From Nitrospinales bacterium (GTDB lineage Bacteria; Nitrospinota; Nitrospinia; Nitrospinales; VA-1): a stretch of DNA of 64,000 bases. Within the stretch, counting starts at the first letter, position 1. Every line of letters begins with the position of its first letter. A program made the translations under genes and the position numbers. Where the stretch lies: contig CBDCWG010000012.1 in the NCBI GenBank assembly GCA_965223345.1, positions 1,792,001 through 1,856,000 on the forward strand, in the 5' to 3' direction. The notes under the pieces are model-generated. The model had not been told where the DNA came from, did not search any database, and was given only the letters and a program-made list of their open reading frames with translations. Below, piece after piece: positions 58,302-64,000 of this stretch.

Positions 58302-59700
58302 TGGCCCCTCCCTGCATCATGATCAATCCACACAACATCGCCGTCCAGATCGTCACCACCCACCAGGCCGGCAGATCCTGCATGGCGTGCTCCAGACGTT
58401 TTTCGTGCAGGTACCAGTGGCTGGCGAGCAGCCCCAGCACCACGACGCTCACCTGCACGATCTCCAGCGTCGGAAGGATCTGCTTCCCTTCGCCGGCAAA
58501 GTCGAACAAGGACCCCAGCAGCGTCCAGGCGGTGGGAAAATCGCTGGCGCGGAAAAACACCCAGGCGACGGTGACCAGCAGGAAGGTGAGCACTCCCAAT
58601 ATAAACCGTCCAACCCCGGTTTTCACCCACGCGACCGCCGAAAAGAACTGCCGCAGCAGGTGTTCGATCACCAGATAGACGCCGTGCAGCAGACCCCAGA
58701 CGACAAACGTCCAGGATGCGCCGTGCCAGAGACCGCCGAGAAACATGGTGAACATCAGGTTGAACAGGGTGCGCGCGGTGCCGTGCCGGTTGCCCCCCAG
58801 CGGGATATAGAGATAATCGCGCAGCCAGCTGGAAAGCGTGATGTGCCAGCGGCGCCAGAAATCGGAAAAGCCCACCGCGGCGTAGGGCGAGCGGAAATTG
58901 TCCGGCAGGATGAACCCGAGACACAGCGCGACGCCGATGGCGCAAGTCGAATAGCCGGCGAAATCGCAGAATATCTGTGCCGAGAACGCCAGCAGCCCCA
59001 GCCAGGCGTCGGCGAAAAACAGCGGATCGCCTTTATGGGCGAAAACGCTGTCCGCGGCGGAAGAGAGCAGGCCGTCCGCCAGCACCACTTTTTGAAACAG
59101 CCCCAGAGTGATGAAGTAGAGCCCCCAGCCGAACTGGTCTTGGGTGGCTCGCCGGGGTTGCTCGCATTGAGGCAGAAAGTCGCCGGAGCGGACGATCGGC
59201 CCCGCCACCAGCTGCGGAAAGAACGTCACGTACAGCGCGAAATCCAGAAACGATTGGCAGCGTTCGGTTTTTTTGAAGTACACGTCCAGCGTGTAGGAGA
59301 GCGTCTGAAACGTGTAAAACGAAATGCCGACCGGAAGGACGATGCTGGGGGCCGCCGCCTCGAAGGGAATCCCCGCCAGATGCATCAGCTCGACGAAGTT
59401 TTCCAGCACAAATTCCCCGTATTTGAAAAAACCGAGCAGCCCCAGATTCACCGCGAGGCTGATCAGCAACAGGCCGCGGCGTTTCGCGGGAGCCTCCTGC
59501 ACCGCGAGGGCCTTGGCGACGTACCAATCGACGAGCGTTGAGATCCAGAGCAGGATGACGAAGGGCGGGTTCCACGCGGCGTAGAAAAGATAACTGGCGA
59601 TCAGCAGGATGGATTTCTGCACCCGCCAGGCCGAAACGGTGTGGTGGAGCGTGAGGATGATCGCAAAAAATGCGATGAACGTGAGCGAGTTGAAGAGCAT
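58276..59700 (-). CDS. MBOAT family O-acyltransferase (AlgI/DltB-like)
   Basis: MLFNS, PVGISFYTFQ, DFAGYS, FWRRWHITLS, GLWHGA, FIYFQF. Confidence 0.95.
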   Translation of the reverse strand: MLFNSLTFIAFFAIILTLHHTVSAWRVQKSILLIASYLFYAAWNPPFVILLWISTLVDWYVAKALAVQEAPAKRRGLLLISLAVNLGLLGFFKYGEFVLENFVELMHLAGIPFEAAAPSIVLPVGISFYTFQTLSYTLDVYFKKTERCQSFLDFALYVTFFPQLVAGPIVRSGDFLPQCEQPRRATQDQFGWGLYFITLGLFQKVVLADGLLSSAADSVFAHKGDPLFFADAWLGLLAFSAQIFCDFAGYSTCAIGVALCLGFILPDNFRSPYAAVGFSDFWRRWHITLSSWLRDYLYIPLGGNRHGTARTLFNLMFTMFLGGLWHGASWTFVVWGLLHGVYLVIEHLLRQFFSAVAWVKTGVGRFILGVLTFLLVTVAWVFFRASDFPTAWTLLGSLFDFAGEGKQILPTLEIVQVSVVVLGLLASHWYLHEKRLEHAMQDLPAWWVVTIWTAMLCGLIMMQGGANAFIYFQF

Positions 59701-59706
59701 GAACGG

Positions 59707-60102
59707 CTAGAAATCGGTCTTCTTGTGCAGCTCTAAATAGTATTTTTCCAGATCCTTGACGGAAAACATCCCCACGATCTCGCCGTTTCGGGTCACCGGA
59801 ATGTGCCGCACTTTGTGCTTTTCCATCATGGCGCAGGCTTTCGAGACGGGTTCGCTTTGATCGATGGTGTGCGCGATGTTCGTCATCAGCGATCCGACCT
59901 GGATCACTTTGGGGTCGCATTCGCCTTTTAAAACTAAAATCATCCAGTCGGTTTTGGTGATGATGCCGACGTAGCCGCTGTCGTCTTTCACCAGAAGCGC
60001 GCTGATGTTGTTTTTGTACATTTTGTCGATCGCCTCATGCGCGAATTTGTCGGGACCGATCGTGAACAGCTGCGTGCTCATGTGTTTGCCTACGTCGCTC
60101 AT
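59707..60102 (-). CDS. CBS domain pair protein
   Basis: VGIITKTD, VRHIPV, VGMFSVKD. Confidence 0.9.
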   Translation of the reverse strand: MSDVGKHMSTQLFTIGPDKFAHEAIDKMYKNNISALLVKDDSGYVGIITKTDWMILVLKGECDPKVIQVGSLMTNIAHTIDQSEPVSKACAMMEKHKVRHIPVTRNGEIVGMFSVKDLEKYYLELHKKTDF

Positions 60103-60322
60103 CGCAAAACTCCTTCTGCCAAATTCAGGTTGGTTCGAACCGTTGATCGTGACCCTGCACGCTTTGTAAATCACTCCCCATGCCGGAATGATGCCCCTTC
60201 AATCCGAAACCGGTGGCCAGCCAAAAACAGTCCGGTCTGTTGTACCAGAAACTCAGAAAATTGCCAGTCCTGGCTATACAAGGCCGAAACGGTTTTTTTA
60301 TGGATAAAGTAAACGTTTGAGT

Positions 60323-62047
60323 TTACAGGTGCACCTGGTTGCGGAACAGGCTGCCGTATTCCGAGTCGATGCCGATGAGCTCCTCGTGCGTCCCGGTCTC
60401 CACCAGCTCGCCTTCTTTCAGAACCAGGATGCGGTCCGCGCCTTCCAGCGTGGACAACCGGTGTGCGATGACCAGCGTGGTGCGGTTGGCCATCAGGTCG
60501 CTCAAGGCGTCCTTGATCTTCGCTTCGGTCTCGGTGTCCACGGTGGCCGTCGCTTCATCCAGAATGAGGATGGGCGGGTTTTTCAGAAACGCGCGGGCGA
60601 TGGCGATGCGGTGTTTTTCGCCGCCCGAGAGCTTGACGCCCCGCTCGCCCACCAGCGTGTCGTAACCGTCGGGCAGTTTGCGGATGAACTCGTCCGCGTG
60701 CGCCGCTTTTGCCGCCGCGTGCACCCGTTCCAGGGTCGCGCCGGTGTCGCCGTAGAGGATGTTTTCCGCGACGGTGCGGTTGAACAGAAATGGGTCCTGC
60801 GAAACGAGGCCGATCTGATCGCGCAGGTAGGACAGCCTGAGTTCCTCGATGCGGTGGTTGTCCAGCCGGATCGCGCCGGTGCTCACGTTGTAAAACCGCA
60901 TCAGCAGCTTGACGAGCGTCGATTTGCCGCTGCCGGTGTGCCCGACCAGGGCGATGTTCTCGCCCGGCGCGATCTCGAAATCGATGTTGCGCACCGCAGG
61001 TTTTCCGGGGATGTAGGCAAACGTCACGTCCTCGAACCGCACCCGGCCCTTGAGCGGCGCTGCGGGCAGCACGGCGTTTTTCGCTTCCACCACGTCGGGG
61101 GAGGCGTCGATGATCTCGAACAGTCTTTCTCCCGAAGCTAGGGCGTGCTGCAGCATGTGGTTCACCGAGTGCAGCTGGTTGATCGGCGTATAAAACAGGG
61201 CGAGGTAGCCGATGAACGCCACCAGCGCGCCCACGGTGATGACGTCCGCGCGCACCAGCCCGATGCCGTAGAACAGGATGAACACCGTTCCCAGCGATCC
61301 GAGAAACATCATGGTCGGCGAATAGATGGCCCACAGCCGCATGACCTTCAGGGTGCCGTCGCAGTAATCCTGGCTGGTCTTATCGAAACGCTTGACCTCG
61401 TGCGGCTGCCGGTTGTAGGACAGGGTCTCGCGCACACCGGAGAGCGAATCCTGCAGCATCGAGTTCATTTTCGCGGCGCGCTGGCGCACCAGATGGTACA
61501 GGCTGTGCGCCTTGACGGTGTATTTGCACGCGCCCCAGACGAGAAACGGGATCGGCAGCAGCGACACCAGCGCCAGCTTCCAGTGCAGGTAAAACAGGAT
61601 CGCGGTGATGCCGATCAGCGTCAGCACGGCGGTCACCACCTGCTCGACGCCGTCGATGAAGATGCGCTCGACGTAGTTCACGTCGTCGTTGACGCGGCTC
61701 ATCAGCTCGCCGGTGGAGCGGTTCTCGAAATAGCTGAGGGAGAGCCGCTGCAGCGCCCGGTACACCTCGGAGCGCATGTCGAACACCACCTTCTGCTCGA
61801 CCTTGTTGTTCACCATGATGCGCAGGTAGTTGGAGTAATTGCGCGCGAAATACACGAACAGCAGGCCGCCGGCGGCCCAGTAGACCCAGTCCTTTCCGCT
61901 GTCGGCAACCAGCTCATCGACGATGACCTTGATCAGCCAGGGCGGAACCAGATCGAGCAGCGTCGTCAGGATGGCGAAGAACAGGGTCAGGCCGACCTGC
62001 GTCCGGTAGGGCTTCAGATAACTCAAGACTCGGCTGAGCGATTGCAT
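60323..62047 (-). CDS. ABC exporter, fused permease/ATPase
   Basis: TGELMSR, GHTGSGKST, LSGGE, ILDEAT, IAHRLST. Confidence 0.95.
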   Translation of the reverse strand: MQSLSRVLSYLKPYRTQVGLTLFFAILTTLLDLVPPWLIKVIVDELVADSGKDWVYWAAGGLLFVYFARNYSNYLRIMVNNKVEQKVVFDMRSEVYRALQRLSLSYFENRSTGELMSRVNDDVNYVERIFIDGVEQVVTAVLTLIGITAILFYLHWKLALVSLLPIPFLVWGACKYTVKAHSLYHLVRQRAAKMNSMLQDSLSGVRETLSYNRQPHEVKRFDKTSQDYCDGTLKVMRLWAIYSPTMMFLGSLGTVFILFYGIGLVRADVITVGALVAFIGYLALFYTPINQLHSVNHMLQHALASGERLFEIIDASPDVVEAKNAVLPAAPLKGRVRFEDVTFAYIPGKPAVRNIDFEIAPGENIALVGHTGSGKSTLVKLLMRFYNVSTGAIRLDNHRIEELRLSYLRDQIGLVSQDPFLFNRTVAENILYGDTGATLERVHAAAKAAHADEFIRKLPDGYDTLVGERGVKLSGGEKHRIAIARAFLKNPPILILDEATATVDTETEAKIKDALSDLMANRTTLVIAHRLSTLEGADRILVLKEGELVETGTHEELIGIDSEYGSLFRNQVHL

Positions 62048-62305
62048 GCGTGTTTCTCGATGGAACGGGTGTTGTATTGGATACGAGGCCAAACCGGAGG
62101 GACTGAGTCGATGCTCAAACAGCCGCGGTGAGCCGTGCGGCAGGGGGAAACCCGGTGGCGGGCGGAGACGGTCCGCCCTCTCGATTTCTATGCAAACGGT
62201 GCTAGGATCATGTTATTTTGCACGCAATCGGAAGTCAAGCCCCGCTAAGCGCGTGTGCGCCGATAGGGGCCGGAATACGCAAATTCAGCGATTTGGGGAA
62301 GACCT

Positions 62306-63265
62306 ATGGAATACAGGAAGCTCGGCAGCAGCGATCTTGAGGTTTCCGTCATCGGATTCGGAGCCTGGGGCATCGGCGGCGCGCCGTTCTGGGACAACGA
62401 AGGCGATGAAAACAGCGCCCGTTCGATCTTAAAGGCCTACGATCTGGGCATCAATTTTTTCGACACCGCACCGGTGTACGGGTTCGGCCATTCCGAGACC
62501 CTGATCGGCAAGACGCTCAAACCCGTGCGCGACAAGGTCATCCTGGCGACGAAATGCGGGCTGGTGTGGGACAAGGAGCAGCTCGGCTCGATTGCCAAAA
62601 ACGCCAAAAAAGATTCGATCCTGGCGGAGATCGACCGGAGCCTCAAGCGGCTGGACACGGATGTGATCGATCTGTACCAGGTGCACTGGCCGGATGAGAG
62701 CACCCCGGCCGAGGAAACGATGGAGGCGCTGCTGAAAATTCAGGAGCAGGGCAAGATCCGCCACATCGGCGTCAGCAATTATTCGGCGCAACAGATGGCG
62801 GATTGCCTGAAATACGGCCCGATCGTATCCTTGCAGCCGGAATACAGCCTGCTCAACCGCACGATCGAAAAGGAAACGGTGCCGTTCTGCCGCAAGCACG
62901 ACATCGGCATCATCGCCTACAGCCCGCTGGCCTCCGGAGTGCTGACCGGCAAGTATGACAAGAACACCAAATTCACCGACTGGCGCAGCAAGGGGATCAT
63001 CGGCACGTTCAGCGGTAAGGAATACGTGCGCAACATCGAAAAGGTGGACCAGTTGAAATCCGTCGCCAACGGCGCGGACAGGACCTGCGCGCAACTGGCG
63101 GTCAACTGGGTGCTCAGGCAGCCGGGGCTCACCACGGCGCTGGTCGGCGTGAAAAACGAAAAGCAGGTGGAAGAAAATTTACCCGCCGTCGGCTGGACGC
63201 CGAGCCTGCATCAGGTCGAGGAGATCGAAGCCATCTTCAGCACAGGCAAATCGGGCTGGGGTTGA
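62306..63265 (+). CDS. aldo/keto reductase
   Basis: FDTAPVYG, DLYQVHWP, IGVSN, YSPLASG. Confidence 0.95.
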   Translation: MEYRKLGSSDLEVSVIGFGAWGIGGAPFWDNEGDENSARSILKAYDLGINFFDTAPVYGFGHSETLIGKTLKPVRDKVILATKCGLVWDKEQLGSIAKNAKKDSILAEIDRSLKRLDTDVIDLYQVHWPDESTPAEETMEALLKIQEQGKIRHIGVSNYSAQQMADCLKYGPIVSLQPEYSLLNRTIEKETVPFCRKHDIGIIAYSPLASGVLTGKYDKNTKFTDWRSKGIIGTFSGKEYVRNIEKVDQLKSVANGADRTCAQLAVNWVLRQPGLTTALVGVKNEKQVEENLPAVGWTPSLHQVEEIEAIFSTGKSGWG

Positions 63266-63272
63266 TCGCCCA

Positions 63273-63298
63273 TCACCCTTCGACAAGCTCAGGGTGAC
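63273..63298. repeat. REP-like palindrome
   Basis: TCACCCTTCGACAAGCTCAGGGTGAC, near-identical to 10057-10082; sits between convergent genes. Confidence 0.7.
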
Positions 63299-63332
63299 AG
63301 GCGATGCTTTACCGTTACAACCTACCTAAAAA

Positions 63333-64000
63333 TCACCGGGCCCGCGAGGAACGGGGGCGAAAGGTCATCGTTCTGCTTCCGGAAAGTTCGCTGGCGCGCG
63401 GGCTCCATCCACGGGAAGCATTCCGGCCGCTGGTCGAGGCGGCAGCCTGCGGTTTGCGGCGGTGGTTTTTTTTCGCCGTCGGCTGCCTGCGTTTTCCCTG
63501 AGACGCGACGCTGTGCGAATGGAAGGGATGGTCGTCGTCCACATCCACCACGCGGTTGATCTCTTTTTCGATCTGGCGCAGATACGCGCGTTCGCCGGCG
63601 TCGCAGAAGGAGATCGCCACGCCATCCGCTCCGGCGCGGGCGGTGCGCCCGATGCGGTGCACGTAGCTCTCCGCTTCGTTGGGCAGCTCGTAGTTGATCA
63701 CGTGGGTGATGCCATCGACGTCGAGACCGCGCGAAGCGATGTCGGTCGCCACCAGCACCCGCGCCTTGCCGGACCGGAACTTCTCCAGCGCCTGCAGGCG
63801 TGCGGGCTGCGATTTGTTGCCGTGAATCGCTTCGGTCTTCACGCGGATCTTGTTCAAACCCTTGGCGATTTTGTTGGCCCCGTGTTTGGTGCGGGTGAAC
63901 ACCAGGACCCGTTCGATCGCCTTGTCTTTAAGAACGGATTCCAGCAGCGCCCTTTTGTTTTCCCTGTCCACAAATAAAATCCGCTGGTCGATGTTGTCCA
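63333..64000 (-). CDS. DEAD-box RNA helicase (RhlE-like), C-terminal part (start outside window)
   Basis: LVFTRTK, IHGNKSQ, ATDIASRGLD, HRIGRTARAG. Confidence 0.93.
   Translation of the reverse strand, partial: DNIDQRILFVDRENKRALLESVLKDKAIERVLVFTRTKHGANKIAKGLNKIRVKTEAIHGNKSQPARLQALEKFRSGKARVLVATDIASRGLDVDGITHVINYELPNEAESYVHRIGRTARAGADGVAISFCDAGERAYLRQIEKEINRVVDVDDDHPFHSHSVASQGKRRQPTAKKNHRRKPQAAASTSGRNASRGWSPRASELSGSRTMTFRPRSSRAR

Overview
A GC-rich bacterial chromosomal window. Gene content (sdhCAB, cytochrome P460, DUF3365 heme protein, Aer2-like chemoreceptor) is compatible with a Nitrospina-like chemolithotroph; this is an inference, not a database result. Most of the window is housekeeping: sdhCAB, HU/IHF, gatCA, comEC, rnr, pheT-zapB-zapA-6S RNA-5-FCL-rny-lysS-lolC/E-lolC/E-lolD-lpxD, accA, an MMPL transporter, an MBOAT pair, an ABC exporter, an aldo/keto reductase and a partial DEAD-box helicase. 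No tRNA, rRNA, CRISPR array, transposase or integrase was recognised. The most interesting parts are: (1) a divergent Cys-containing TetR regulator with two matching palindromic operators, facing a YHS / DUF4383 / cytochrome P460 / DUF4383 / tautomerase cluster, a candidate reactive-nitrogen or electrophile stress system; (2) a recent tandem duplication of the Lol permease in which only one copy keeps the LolC-type Hook; (3) a soluble double-PAS chemoreceptor fused to a hemerythrin; (4) a CarH-like B12 photoreceptor next to a His-rich tandem-repeat secreted protein; (5) a low-GC three-gene insert plus a peroxiredoxin, bracketed by inverted mosaics of REP-like repeats; (6) a secreted repeat protein resembling a motif from plant XLG/EDR4 proteins. 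All family calls come from motif recognition by eye.
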